64,000 nucleotides of DNA from NCBI GenBank assembly GCA_964399915.1, contig CAYNRN010000003.1:2064-66063 (forward strand), in the 5' to 3' direction. This DNA is from an uncultured Planctomycetales bacterium. Its GTDB lineage: Bacteria > Omnitrophota > Gorgyraeia > Gygaellales > Profunditerraquicolaceae. Under the pieces are notes generated by a model. It ran no database searches and was not told the origin of the DNA. It was given only the letters and a program-made list of their open reading frames with translations. The translations under genes and the position numbers were made by a program. This document shows, piece after piece, positions 37,444 to 47,273 of this stretch (positions are counted from its first letter, which is position 1; each line of letters starts with the position of its first letter).

Positions 37444-38889
37444 ATGCTGCAATATTTTATGGGGATGTTCAGGAGTATCCGGGTCATCGATTTTATTGAT
37501 ATTGCGATTATCGCGATTATGATTTATTTAGTGTTATTGTGGTTGAAAAAGGCCCGGGCGCGTTTTATCCTCATCGGCATGATCATTATCGGGCTGATCT
37601 ATGTTCTAGCAAAGATTTTCAGTCTTTATATGACAACCATGTTTTTCCAGGGGTTCTTCGCGATCCTGTTAATTATGGTGGTAATAATCTTCCAGGATGA
37701 ATTCCGCCACTTCTTTGAGAGAGTAGCGGTATTGGGGACGCAGAGAAGGCGCCGGGGCGTATCCTACGGGCAGGATATTGAAATTTTAAGCAGCGCTATA
37801 GCAAATCTGTCACGTAAACAAATCGGCGCACTGGTGGCTATCCGGGGCCGGGATCCGCTAGACCGCCACCTGGAAGCCGGTATCCGCGTTGACGGGCTTC
37901 TCAGCCAGGTATTGCTTGAAAGCCTGTTTGACCCGCATGCCCCGAGCCATGACGGGGCAGTGATTTTAGACGGCGGCAGGGTAGGGCGCTTTAGCGCTTA
38001 TCTCCCTCTTTCTACCAACGTCAATGAAATCGGCAGGTCCGGGACACGTCATGCCGCGGCCTTAGGCTTAACCGAGCGCTCGGATGCGCTTTGTATAGTA
38101 GTTTCCGAAGAGCGCGGCACAATTTCCGTTGCCGAAGCCGGACGTATCCGGGAATTATCCGATCCGGCCCAGCTTAATAGTATCTTGGCAGATTTTTACC
38201 GCAGCCGCTATCCGGAGAAAAAGGGGTCTACCCTTACGGATTTATTGGCCGGCCATCTTTCTGAGAAGATACTGGCAATTATATTGGCAGCGGCAATCTG
38301 GGCGATCTTCGGATATCAGAAAGACATCATCCGCCGCGATTTTGTGATTCCGGTAGAATACCGGAATCTTTCGCAGGATAGAATAATTGGCGAACCTAAA
38401 CCCAAAGAAGTAACTATTACTCTCAACGGCGCAGAGCGGGCCTTTAATATGGTCGACCCTAAAGAGCTTAAGCTTTCCCTGGATATGTCCAAGGTCCAAG
38501 ACGGAGAGAATAATATTATATTGAATGAGGAAATGGCACGTTACCCTGCCGGCTTCTCGGTATTAAACATTGAACCCGAACGAATCAAACTTAAGATTGA
38601 AAGGATGGTTACATTTACCGTTCCCGTAGAAGTAAAGACGCAAGGGACGCTTCCCGCGGGGTTGTCTTTAGTCCAGATAAAGGTTGAGCCTAAAGAGATA
38701 CAGGTAGTAGCCCCCAGCACGCTTCCTACGGGAAAAATCAATATCACTACCGACGTTATCGACTTAAAAACCATAACAGCAACCACAACGTTTACTCCTA
38801 AACTGATAGTCCCGCCGCAGGTGACTTTAACCGCGAATAAATATCTGGATATCAAAGTCACTGTCGAAGTGGAAACCAAGGAAAAATAG
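37444..38889 (+). CDS. Diadenylate cyclase CdaA/DacA fused to YbbR (CdaR) domains
   Basis: Three TM segments, IIFQDEFR, HDGA, GTRHAAA, VSEERG; then a TM segment and beta-rich YbbR-like repeats. Confidence 0.9.
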   Translation: MLQYFMGMFRSIRVIDFIDIAIIAIMIYLVLLWLKKARARFILIGMIIIGLIYVLAKIFSLYMTTMFFQGFFAILLIMVVIIFQDEFRHFFERVAVLGTQRRRRGVSYGQDIEILSSAIANLSRKQIGALVAIRGRDPLDRHLEAGIRVDGLLSQVLLESLFDPHAPSHDGAVILDGGRVGRFSAYLPLSTNVNEIGRSGTRHAAALGLTERSDALCIVVSEERGTISVAEAGRIRELSDPAQLNSILADFYRSRYPEKKGSTLTDLLAGHLSEKILAIILAAAIWAIFGYQKDIIRRDFVIPVEYRNLSQDRIIGEPKPKEVTITLNGAERAFNMVDPKELKLSLDMSKVQDGENNIILNEEMARYPAGFSVLNIEPERIKLKIERMVTFTVPVEVKTQGTLPAGLSLVQIKVEPKEIQVVAPSTLPTGKINITTDVIDLKTITATTTFTPKLIVPPQVTLTANKYLDIKVTVEVETKEK

Positions 38890-38907
38890 CACGAGCAGGG
38901 AAGAATT

Positions 38908-40386
38908 ATGTGGACAAAAGAAAGCCTGCAGGCATTGATTAAAGAGAAGCTGGAAGATTACCTCTTTGTGGTTGTTTCTAACCGGCAGCCTTATGTGCAT
39001 ACTTTTAAAAGAGGCAGGGTTGAATACCGGAGAGGCGCCGGCGGAGTAGTTACTGCCCTTGACCCGGTAATGCAGGCCTGCCACGGGCTTTGGGTAGCGT
39101 TCGGCAGCGGAGACGCTGACAGGAAGGTAAGCGACGCGCAGGGTAAGTTAGGAGTTCCCCCTGAAAGCCCCAACTATACCCTCAGGAGAGTATGGCTTAC
39201 TAAGGAGGAAGAAAACGGTTATTATTTCGGGTATTCCAACGAGGCACTCTGGCCGCTTTGCCATATGGCATTTCAGCGCCCGGTGTTCCGCAAAGAAGAC
39301 TGGGAATATTATGTCAAGGTAAATAAAAAATTCGCCCAGGCAGTAGCCGAAGAGGTAAATCATAAGAAGGCATTTATCTGGATACAGGATTACCATCTTT
39401 GCCTACTGGGAAAATTTTTAAAAGAGCTCCTGCCGGGCAAGATCATTGTTTCGCACTTCTGGCATATTCCCTGGCCGAATTATGAAACTTTCCGCATCTG
39501 TCCGCAAAAGAAAGAGATACTCGAGGGGCTCCTGGCGAATGATTTGATGGGTTTTCATATCCGCAACCACTGCGCTAATTTTATCGAGGCAATAGACAGA
39601 GAGATAGAAAGCAAGATAGACCGCGAACGTTTTTCCGTTATCCGCGGCGGGCACGAAACCATTGTCCGGCCGTATCCGATCAGCGTAGATTTTGAAGGGA
39701 TCAGCAGTTTTTCTGCTGCCGGAGAAGCGGATAAAATAGGGCAGGCGCTGATTGAAGAATTCAGCCTCAGCGGTCTAAAAGTTATGCTGGGCTTAGACCG
39801 CATAGATTATACAAAAGGTATTCCGGAGAGGTTACTGGCGATAGACGCGCTTTTTGAGGCGCACCCGGAGTTGAAAGAAAAGATTGTTTTTCTGCAGATG
39901 GGGGAGATCAGCCGTATCCATATACCTAAATATAAGGAATTGAACGATGAAATTAACGCTCTGGTCGAACAGATAAACTGGAAACACTCTACCGGTGAGT
40001 GGAGGCCGGTAATTTTAGTAAGGAGGCACCTTTCATTCAAGGAACTGGCGGGTTTCTACCGGATGGGGGAGGTATGTATTGTCAGCTCTTTACATGACGG
40101 CATGAACTTGGTAGCTAAAGAGTTTATTTCCTCGCGTTCGGATGAGAATGGCATGCTGGTCTTAAGTCAATTTACCGGCGCTGCGCGCGAATTGACCGAC
40201 GCGATACTGGTTAATCCCTTTGACCGCCATCAGTTCAGTGAAGGCATCTACCAGGCATTGAATCTGCCTTCGGAAGAAAAGCAGAAGAGGATGAATAAGA
40301 TGCGCGCCATAATCCAGCAGAATAATATCTTCCGTTGGGCAGGCAAGGTGCTTTCAGAACTTTTAAAGTTTGAGTTTAAGGAATGA
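38908..40386 (+). CDS. otsA: Trehalose-6-phosphate synthase
   Basis: VVSNRQP, LWPLCH, WIQDYH, HIPWP, DRIDYTKGI, DGMNLVAKE, SQFTGAA. Confidence 0.95.
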   Translation: MWTKESLQALIKEKLEDYLFVVVSNRQPYVHTFKRGRVEYRRGAGGVVTALDPVMQACHGLWVAFGSGDADRKVSDAQGKLGVPPESPNYTLRRVWLTKEEENGYYFGYSNEALWPLCHMAFQRPVFRKEDWEYYVKVNKKFAQAVAEEVNHKKAFIWIQDYHLCLLGKFLKELLPGKIIVSHFWHIPWPNYETFRICPQKKEILEGLLANDLMGFHIRNHCANFIEAIDREIESKIDRERFSVIRGGHETIVRPYPISVDFEGISSFSAAGEADKIGQALIEEFSLSGLKVMLGLDRIDYTKGIPERLLAIDALFEAHPELKEKIVFLQMGEISRIHIPKYKELNDEINALVEQINWKHSTGEWRPVILVRRHLSFKELAGFYRMGEVCIVSSLHDGMNLVAKEFISSRSDENGMLVLSQFTGAARELTDAILVNPFDRHQFSEGIYQALNLPSEEKQKRMNKMRAIIQQNNIFRWAGKVLSELLKFEFKE

Positions 40387-41186
40387 AGTATCTCTTACGC
40401 TATTGGCGCGTTTTGCCCGGGAAGGCCCGCGCTAAATATAAAGTTTTATTTTTAGATTTTGACGGTACTCTGGCGAAGATTGTAAAAAGCCCCCGTAAGG
40501 CCAGGATTGAGCCGTCAATTAAACTTTTATTGCTCCGAATAACGCAGGATAAGGCATACAGGGTTGCAGTTATCAGCGGTAGGGCGCTTGGCGACATCAA
40601 GAAGAGGGTCGGGATTAAAGGCATTGTTTATATCGGGAATCACGGTTTGGAAATTGACGGCTCCAAGATCAGGTTCTCTGGCTTTCAAATTGATAAATTC
40701 AGGTTAACGCTCAAACGGCTGAAGGCAAAACTGAAACAGAGGTTAGATCCGATAAAAGGGATTTTTATAGAAGATAAAGGATTAAGCTTGAGTGTACATT
40801 ACCGCTTGGTTAAAAAAAAGGACTTGGCCTTTTTTAAAGCCGCTTTTGCACAGATAACTGCTGAATATGCCTCCGGCAATAAAATAAAAATCCATCCGGG
40901 GAAGAAAGTTTTTGAGATCCGCCCTCCTCTGCAATGGGATAAAGGCAAAGTTGCGCTCTGGCTTTTAGCCAGATGGAAGTCCGCTTTTGCGGATAAGGAG
41001 GTATTGACGGTTTACATCGGAGATGATCTCACCGATGAAGATGCTTTCCGGGCTCTCGCGGGTAAGGCTATAACGGCGGTAGTGGGTAAAAGGAAAGATT
41101 CGGCAGCCGCTTACTATTTAAATAACGTAGGGGAAGTAGCAAGATTCTTAAACGTTCTGGGGCCGGCAAAATGCCTAAAATTATAA
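40383..41186 (+). CDS. otsB: Trehalose-6-phosphate phosphatase
   Basis: FLDFDGTL, ISGR, GNHG, SVHYR, DKG, GDDLTDEDAF. Confidence 0.95.
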   Translation: MKYLLRYWRVLPGKARAKYKVLFLDFDGTLAKIVKSPRKARIEPSIKLLLLRITQDKAYRVAVISGRALGDIKKRVGIKGIVYIGNHGLEIDGSKIRFSGFQIDKFRLTLKRLKAKLKQRLDPIKGIFIEDKGLSLSVHYRLVKKKDLAFFKAAFAQITAEYASGNKIKIHPGKKVFEIRPPLQWDKGKVALWLLARWKSAFADKEVLTVYIGDDLTDEDAFRALAGKAITAVVGKRKDSAAAYYLNNVGEVARFLNVLGPAKCLKL

Positions 41187-41842
41187 AAGCTAAAGAGCCG
41201 TTTAGGTTTTACACGCGTTTGCATTTATCAGAACTGACCGGATTAAAGGCGGTTAATCTCTCTCAACTTCTGGGAATCTTAAAAGAAGTTCCCGGTTCAA
41301 GCATATACCATCATACGCACAGGTTCCTACAGCAGCACCAATATCTTTCTCCCGAGCCTCCGAATGATTTTGCCTACTGGGTTTCCAGCGTCCTTGCCGA
41401 AGATGCCCTTGCCGAAGAACTGGCCAGTATCGATACCATCCAGTATTCTAATATCCGCAGCCTCAGGGAGAAGATAATCCAGACTATAGAAGATTACCTT
41501 AAAGAACACCCTATGGCAAAGTTGAAATTCGCCAACGAAGAGGAAGCTTTTTATTTTATCAAATCAATCAGTTTCGTTGTGCCGACAAAATACGTGGCGC
41601 ATGATTTAAAAGAGTTCATCAGCATCCTGGAAAGAGTGACCGTAGATTCGATATATTTCCATATCTTTGAGGCCCGCCTGAGGCTTGAGAAGCAGACTAA
41701 TGACTTCTCTTTATGGATCGAGACCTCTTTAGGCGATAAGCCGCTGGCGGATAGAATCGCCAATATTGACCCATATACGCGCACGCTTGAAGACTTACGC
41801 AGAACCTTAATCCGCATAATCGAAAGGAAGGTTTCATCATAA
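41171..41842 (+). CDS. DUF5752 (OrfY-like) protein associated with TreT
   Basis: Internal duplication SIYHH..NDFAYW / SIYFH..NDFSLW..IDPY; directly upstream of treT. Confidence 0.8.
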   Translation: MPKIIKAKEPFRFYTRLHLSELTGLKAVNLSQLLGILKEVPGSSIYHHTHRFLQQHQYLSPEPPNDFAYWVSSVLAEDALAEELASIDTIQYSNIRSLREKIIQTIEDYLKEHPMAKLKFANEEEAFYFIKSISFVVPTKYVAHDLKEFISILERVTVDSIYFHIFEARLRLEKQTNDFSLWIETSLGDKPLADRIANIDPYTRTLEDLRRTLIRIIERKVSS

Positions 41843-41845
41843 AGC

Positions 41846-43057
41846 ATGGCACGCATCGACGAATATATCCCAATTGTCGGAGAATCAATTATCGATGACC
41901 TTCGGCTGATCGCCGAAAAGCTTAAAGGTAAAGTCATCCAGCATATAAATTCTACACCGGTAGGCGGAGGGGTCGCCGAGATTCTCAATTGCATGGTCCC
42001 GCTCCTAAAGGAGCTTGGCGTTGATACCCGATGGGATGTGATTAAGGGGGGTGAACAGTTTTTTAGTACGACTAAGAAATTCCATAACGCCCTGCACGGA
42101 AGGCGCGAAAACATTACTGACAGGGATTTTGAGGTTTTTCTTGAAACGAGCAACCACAATATTGAAGAAGTAAATACTTACGGGGATATTGTCTTTGTGC
42201 ACGACCCCCAACCGATTGCGCTGATAAGGAAGAAGGCCGAAAACAAATGGATCTGGCGTTGTCATATCGACGTATCAAATCCTGACAGTAAAGTCTGGAG
42301 TTTTCTCCGCGATTTCGTGGTTAAATACGATTCAGCGGTATTTTCAGCGCCCGGATTTTCACAGCCGCTGCCGATCAGGCAATTCCTGATTTCGCCTTCC
42401 GTCGACCCTTTAAGCGATAAAAATAAGGAATTGCCTCAAGCTGATGTTGAAGCAGTGATGAAGAAGCACGGGATACGTAAAAATAAGCCGGTAATCACTC
42501 AGATCTCGCGTTTTGACCGGCTAAAGGATCCGCTGGGGGTAATCCAGACATATAAACTGGTAAAAAAATATACCGATTGCCAACTGGTGCTTGCCGGAGG
42601 CACTGCTTCTGATGACCCGGAAGGGGCGCAGGTCCTGGAAGAGGTAAGGGAGGCAGCTAAAGGGGATTCCGATATCCATATTTTACTCTTACCGCAGAAC
42701 GACCTGGAGATAAACGCACTGCAAAGGGGCTCTACGGTTATCATGCAGAAATCCCTGAGAGAGGGGTTTGGCCTTACGGTTTCAGAGGCGCTCTGGAAGG
42801 CAAAACCTGTGGTTGCTTCCCATGTCGGAGGCATCCCGCTTCAGATAAAGCATAAATATTCCGGGCTTCTCTGCCATTCTATAGAAGGCGCCGCCTTTGC
42901 CCTCAAACAACTTTTAAACAGCCCGGAATACGCAAAGAAGCTGGGCGCAAACGGGAAGGAGCATATCCGCAATAACTTTTTGATCACCCGGCACCTGAGG
43001 GATTATATACTTTTATTTCTCTCGCTTTTTCATCCCGAAGACATCGTTAACCTTTAA
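41846..43057 (+). CDS. treT: Trehalose synthase TreT-like GT4 glycosyltransferase
   Basis: HINST..GGGVAEIL, VHDPQP, WRCHID, ISRFD..KDP, DDPEG, REGFGLTVSEA. Confidence 0.88.
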   Translation: MARIDEYIPIVGESIIDDLRLIAEKLKGKVIQHINSTPVGGGVAEILNCMVPLLKELGVDTRWDVIKGGEQFFSTTKKFHNALHGRRENITDRDFEVFLETSNHNIEEVNTYGDIVFVHDPQPIALIRKKAENKWIWRCHIDVSNPDSKVWSFLRDFVVKYDSAVFSAPGFSQPLPIRQFLISPSVDPLSDKNKELPQADVEAVMKKHGIRKNKPVITQISRFDRLKDPLGVIQTYKLVKKYTDCQLVLAGGTASDDPEGAQVLEEVREAAKGDSDIHILLLPQNDLEINALQRGSTVIMQKSLREGFGLTVSEALWKAKPVVASHVGGIPLQIKHKYSGLLCHSIEGAAFALKQLLNSPEYAKKLGANGKEHIRNNFLITRHLRDYILLFLSLFHPEDIVNL

Positions 43058-43078
43058 TCGGGATTACAATAAAAAAAC

Positions 43079-43125
43079 TTGACAAATACGCTAAATTGTG
43101 TATACTCTACTAAGATAATAGAGAT
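43079..43125 (+). promoter_or_regulatory. Promoter of the sulfur operon with an adjacent dyad
   Basis: TTGACA(43079)-16-TATACT(43101); CTCTA-N9-TAGAG at 43105-43123. Confidence 0.6.
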
Positions 43126-43136
43126 TATAGGATAAT

Positions 43137-43577
43137 ATGAGGATAACCTATAAAGGGGATTACGCCTTAAAAGTTATTTTGAATTTAAGCCTGCATTACG
43201 GCGGCGGCCTGGTGACGATTCATGATTTAGCCAGGCGACTGGACATACCGGTCAAGTTCCTTGAGCAGATACTGCTGGATTTAAAAAGAGGCGGTTTCCT
43301 CCAGAGCAGGCGCGGTAAAATCGGAGGTTATTCTTTGGCTAAAGCCCCGGCTAAAATAAAGCTGGGGGAGGTAATCAGGTTTATTGACGGGCCGGTCAGC
43401 CCGGTTGCCTGTGTAGATAAGAGTTATAAGGGGTGCAGTGATATCACCACCTGCGTATTCAGGGAAATCTGGCAGCGCATCGCCGCTTCAACTGCCGCGA
43501 TAATCGATAATATCACTTTTGAAGACCTGACGAAGAAGATCAAAAGGGCGGGCAAGGCACTGGTTTATCAAATTTAA
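43137..43577 (+). CDS. Rrf2 family regulator (CymR/IscR-like)
   Basis: [23 protein letters not shown], three Cys; upstream of cysK. Confidence 0.93.
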   Translation: MRITYKGDYALKVILNLSLHYGGGLVTIHDLARRLDIPVKFLEQILLDLKRGGFLQSRRGKIGGYSLAKAPAKIKLGEVIRFIDGPVSPVACVDKSYKGCSDITTCVFREIWQRIAASTAAIIDNITFEDLTKKIKRAGKALVYQI

Positions 43578-43581
43578 AACT

Positions 43582-44505
43582 ATGCGCATAGCTAAAAATA
43601 TTACAGAATTAATCGGCAATACTCCTTTGGTGAGGTTAAACAGGGCCACTGAAGGCTGTGTTGCAGAGGTGGTCGCGAAATTAGAGTCCTTTAATCCCTG
43701 CTCTTCGGTGAAGGACCGTATCGGCCTGAGTATGATTGAGGCAGCGGAAAAGGAAGGCAGGATTAAAAAAGGCGCTGTGATCATAGAGCCCACCTCCGGT
43801 AATACCGGCATTGCCTTGGCTTTTGTCTGCGCGGTGAAAGGCTATAAACTGATCCTGACTATGCCCGAGACGATGAGTACGGAGCGCAGGCAGCTTTTGA
43901 CCGCTTTTGGCGCGGAGATTATCTTAACGCCCGGGGCGGAGGGGATGTCCGGGGCAGTCAGGAGAGCGGAAGAACTGGCAAAAAAAGAAAAGAACTATTT
44001 TATATTACAGCAATTCAGGAATCCGGCTAACCCAGAAATCCACCGGAAAACCACAGCCGTTGAAATCTGGCAGGATACCGGAGGAAAAGTTGATATTCTG
44101 GTAGCGGGAATCGGCACAGGAGGCACAATCACCGGCGTATCAGAAGTAATCAAGAGGAAAAAACCTTCACTTAAGGTAATCGCCGTAGAGCCGAAAGATT
44201 CTCCGGTGCTTTCCGGAGGCAAGCCCGGCCCCCATAAGATCCAGGGTATAGGCGCGGGGTTTGTTCCTGAAATCCTGAATAGCAAAATAATCGATGAAAT
44301 TATTCAGGTCTCTAATGAAGAAGCGATAGAGGCATCCAGGCAGCTTGCCAAGAAAGAGGGGATTTTGGCGGGTATTTCTTCCGGGGCGGCTGTCTTTGCG
44401 GCGCTTGAAGCCGCCCGCAGGAAAGAAAACAGAGATAAACTGATAGTAGTCATTCTTCCGGATACCGGAGAGCGCTATCTCAGCACTGAATTATTCAAAG
44501 AATAG
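43582..44505 (+). CDS. cysK: Cysteine synthase A
   Basis: [41 protein letters not shown]. Confidence 0.97.
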   Translation: MRIAKNITELIGNTPLVRLNRATEGCVAEVVAKLESFNPCSSVKDRIGLSMIEAAEKEGRIKKGAVIIEPTSGNTGIALAFVCAVKGYKLILTMPETMSTERRQLLTAFGAEIILTPGAEGMSGAVRRAEELAKKEKNYFILQQFRNPANPEIHRKTTAVEIWQDTGGKVDILVAGIGTGGTITGVSEVIKRKKPSLKVIAVEPKDSPVLSGGKPGPHKIQGIGAGFVPEILNSKIIDEIIQVSNEEAIEASRQLAKKEGILAGISSGAAVFAALEAARRKENRDKLIVVILPDTGERYLSTELFKE

Positions 44506-44517
44506 AAAGGAGATCCC

Positions 44518-44745
44518 ATGGCCATAAAAGATAAGGTTGAGCAAGCGTTGAACAAAGTGCGCCCGATGCTGGCAGCCGACGGCGGCAACGTAGAGTTAGT
44601 AGATGTCAGCGCAGACGGAGTCGTAAAATTAAAGCTTACCGGAAGCTGCGGCTGTTGCCCGATGTCGCAGATGACGCTGAAGATGGGGGTAGAAAAGATA
44701 ATCAAAAAAGACGTGCCGGAGGTAAAAGAAGTAATCGCTATCTGA
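44518..44745 (+). CDS. NifU C-terminal (Nfu) domain protein
   Basis: VRPMLAADGGNVELV, GSCGCCPMS..TLK. Confidence 0.93.
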   Translation: MAIKDKVEQALNKVRPMLAADGGNVELVDVSADGVVKLKLTGSCGCCPMSQMTLKMGVEKIIKKDVPEVKEVIAI

Positions 44746-44798
44746 AATTGAGGGCAGGAGCTACCATATAGATCATCCAAGAGTTTACGGGAGAGTCC

Positions 44799-46001
44799 AT
44801 GAAAACAATTAAAGAAATCAATGATAAGATAAAGAAGGGCCAGGCGGTAGTGGTTACGGCCGAAGAGATTATAGATCTGGTTGATAAGAAGGGGCCAAAG
44901 AAGGCCGCTGAAGAAGTCGACGTAGTCACTACCGGCACCTTCGGCCCGATGTGTTCTTCCGGGGCATATTTTAATATCGGGCATTCGAAACCCAGGATAA
45001 AGTTAGGAGGAGGAAGCTGTAAGCTTAATGATGTTCCGGCTTACTGCGGATTCGCCGCGGTAGACATTTATCTGGGAGCGACTGCCGTGCCGGATGACGA
45101 CCCTTTGAACAAGGTATTCCCCGGTGAATTTAAATATGGCGGCGCCCATGTGATAAATGAGATTGTCGCAGGGCGCGATGTGCGCCTTCAGGCAACGGCA
45201 TACGGGACAGATTGTTATCCCAGGAAGAAACTGGAAACCATGGTCAATATCAGGGATTTAAACGAAGCAGTATTATTTAATATCCGCAACTGCTATCAGA
45301 ACTATAATGTGGCGGTAAATCTCTCGGATAAGATAATCTATACCTATATGGGGGTATTGAAGCCTAACCTGGGTAACGCCAACTATTGCTCAGCAGGGCA
45401 GCTTTCCCCGCTTTTGAAAGACCCTCACTATAAAACAATCGGCATCGGGACAAAGATATTTCTAGGCGGGGGTATCGGATATGTAGCATGGCAGGGGACT
45501 CAGCATAACCCAAGCGTAAAGAGGAAAGAAAACGGGATACCTCAGGCGCCTGCCGGCACACTTGCGGTAATCGGCGACTTGAAACAGATGAAACAGGAAT
45601 GGCTTACGGGAATCAGTATGCTTGGTTACGGAGTTACGCTAACCGTGGGCATAGGGGTCCCTATTCCGGTGCTTGATGAGGAGATAGTTAAATACGCGGC
45701 GGCAGGTGACGAACAGATATTCGCGCAGGTAGTGGATTACGGCAAGAGTTATCCGGAGTGCGTACCGGGGTCGTTGGCAGAAGTCAATTATGCCCAGCTG
45801 AAAACCGGCAAGATTACCGTTCAGGGTAAAAGTATCCCTACAGGCAACTTATCCAGCTATTCCAAGGCGCGCGAGATCGCCGAGGAGCTGAAGTCATGGA
45901 TTAAGAAAGGCGATTTCCTGCTTAGCGAGCCGGTAGCAAGATTGCCCGGCGCAGAATCCGGGTATACCTTTAAGATGCTCAACGAAAGGCCGATAGTATA
46001 A
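44799..46001 (+). CDS. Homocysteine biosynthesis protein (aspartate-semialdehyde sulfurtransferase, MA1821/DUF39-like)
   Basis: KTIKEINDKI..AVVVTAEE, VDVVTTGTFGPMCSSG, YGGAHVI, YGTDCYPR, RNCYQNY. Confidence 0.9.
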   Translation: MKTIKEINDKIKKGQAVVVTAEEIIDLVDKKGPKKAAEEVDVVTTGTFGPMCSSGAYFNIGHSKPRIKLGGGSCKLNDVPAYCGFAAVDIYLGATAVPDDDPLNKVFPGEFKYGGAHVINEIVAGRDVRLQATAYGTDCYPRKKLETMVNIRDLNEAVLFNIRNCYQNYNVAVNLSDKIIYTYMGVLKPNLGNANYCSAGQLSPLLKDPHYKTIGIGTKIFLGGGIGYVAWQGTQHNPSVKRKENGIPQAPAGTLAVIGDLKQMKQEWLTGISMLGYGVTLTVGIGVPIPVLDEEIVKYAAAGDEQIFAQVVDYGKSYPECVPGSLAEVNYAQLKTGKITVQGKSIPTGNLSSYSKAREIAEELKSWIKKGDFLLSEPVARLPGAESGYTFKMLNERPIV

Positions 46002-46028
46002 CCTATTGCGGTATTTAAGAGGTGAGAA

Positions 46029-46436
46029 ATGACCCGTAAAAGAATTGTTTTGCATTTCCCCCACAGATTGGTTGATCAGCCGATTATCTATAAGTTGGTC
46101 AAAGAGCATGACCTGCAGTTTAATATCCTCAAGGCCTATGTTACGCCGCAGGAGGAAGGGCTGATGGTCCTGGAACTATCCGGCAAAAAAGAGAATTTTG
46201 AAAAGGGGATACAATATCTGGAATCCTGCGGGGTAAAGATTCAGCCTCTGAGCCAGGATGTGATCCGCAATGAAACCAAATGCACCGATTGCGGCGTATG
46301 CGTGCCGATCTGTCCGACGGCAGCCCTGGCCATCGATCCGATAACCCGCAAAGTGCACTTCTACGATAATAAATGTATCGCCTGCGAGCTCTGCGTAAAG
46401 GTTTGCCCTGCCCGCGCCATGGAAGTACGCTTCTAA
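46029..46436 (+). CDS. NIL-domain 4Fe-4S protein (MA1822-like partner)
   Basis: FNILKA..EEGLMVLEL NIL domain followed by two CxxCxxCxxxCP motifs. Confidence 0.9.
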   Translation: MTRKRIVLHFPHRLVDQPIIYKLVKEHDLQFNILKAYVTPQEEGLMVLELSGKKENFEKGIQYLESCGVKIQPLSQDVIRNETKCTDCGVCVPICPTAALAIDPITRKVHFYDNKCIACELCVKVCPARAMEVRF

Positions 46437-47273
46437 ATGAATAAACTGAAAAAATTAAGGTCGATAATCAGAAACGCGGGTTCTCTGCTGATTGCTTTTT
46501 CCGGCGGCGTTGACAGCACATTCCTGCTTAAGGTTGCCTCCGAAGTTTTGCCTCGAGACAAGCTACTTGCTGTTACAGCCGATTCCGCTACTTATCCGGC
46601 CGAAGAATTATTATCCGCTAAATGCAGCGTAAAAAGATTAGGCGTAAGGCATAAAATTGTAAAGACAAAAGAGCTCAAGGATAGTAGATTTTCGGCAAAT
46701 CCGGTAAATCGCTGTTATTTCTGTAAAAGCGAACTTTTTCTCAGGCTAAAAAAGCTCGCTAAAGAAGAAAAATTAAATTTTGTAGCCGATGCCAGTAATA
46801 CCTCGGATAAATTTGATTTTCGTCCGGGCGCTAGAGCGAAAACTGAGCTGAAGATACGCTCTCCGCTGGCTGAGGCAGGGTTGGCCAAGAGAGATATCCG
46901 CATGCTTAGTAAAAAGATAGGGTTAGATACCTGGGATAAGCCGGCATTGGCCTGCCTGGCCTCAAGGGTTCACTACGGAATCAAAATAGACCAGCGGCTT
47001 TTAAACAAGATAAATCAGGCAGAGAATTTAATACGCAGGGACGGTTTCAGGCAGGTGAGGGTTAGGCATTATAATAACGGGCTTTGCCGGATAGAGGTGC
47101 CTAAGAAAGAGGTCGGCCTGTTGATTAAGAGGGGTAATTTGCTGGTAGAAAAGCTCAAAAAATTAGGATATAATTATGTAACCGTAGATTTAGAAGGTTA
47201 TCGCACGGGAAGCATGAATCCAACCCTTCCTAAGGCAAGGGCCGGGTTCATTAAGAGAGGAAGGACTGGGTGA
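46437..47273 (+). CDS. larE: ATP-dependent sulfur transferase, LarE family
   Basis: AFSGGVDS, NRCYFCK, RPG, SPL, WDKPALACLASR, QVRVRH, DLEGYRTGSMN. Confidence 0.88.
   Translation: MNKLKKLRSIIRNAGSLLIAFSGGVDSTFLLKVASEVLPRDKLLAVTADSATYPAEELLSAKCSVKRLGVRHKIVKTKELKDSRFSANPVNRCYFCKSELFLRLKKLAKEEKLNFVADASNTSDKFDFRPGARAKTELKIRSPLAEAGLAKRDIRMLSKKIGLDTWDKPALACLASRVHYGIKIDQRLLNKINQAENLIRRDGFRQVRVRHYNNGLCRIEVPKKEVGLLIKRGNLLVEKLKKLGYNYVTVDLEGYRTGSMNPTLPKARAGFIKRGRTG
47214..47251. repeat. Short palindromic insert at the larE 3' end
   Basis: ATGAATCC...GGGTTCAT outer IR and CCCTT..AAGGG inner stem; 33-nt ATGA-to-TTCA offset keeps the frame. Confidence 0.5.
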
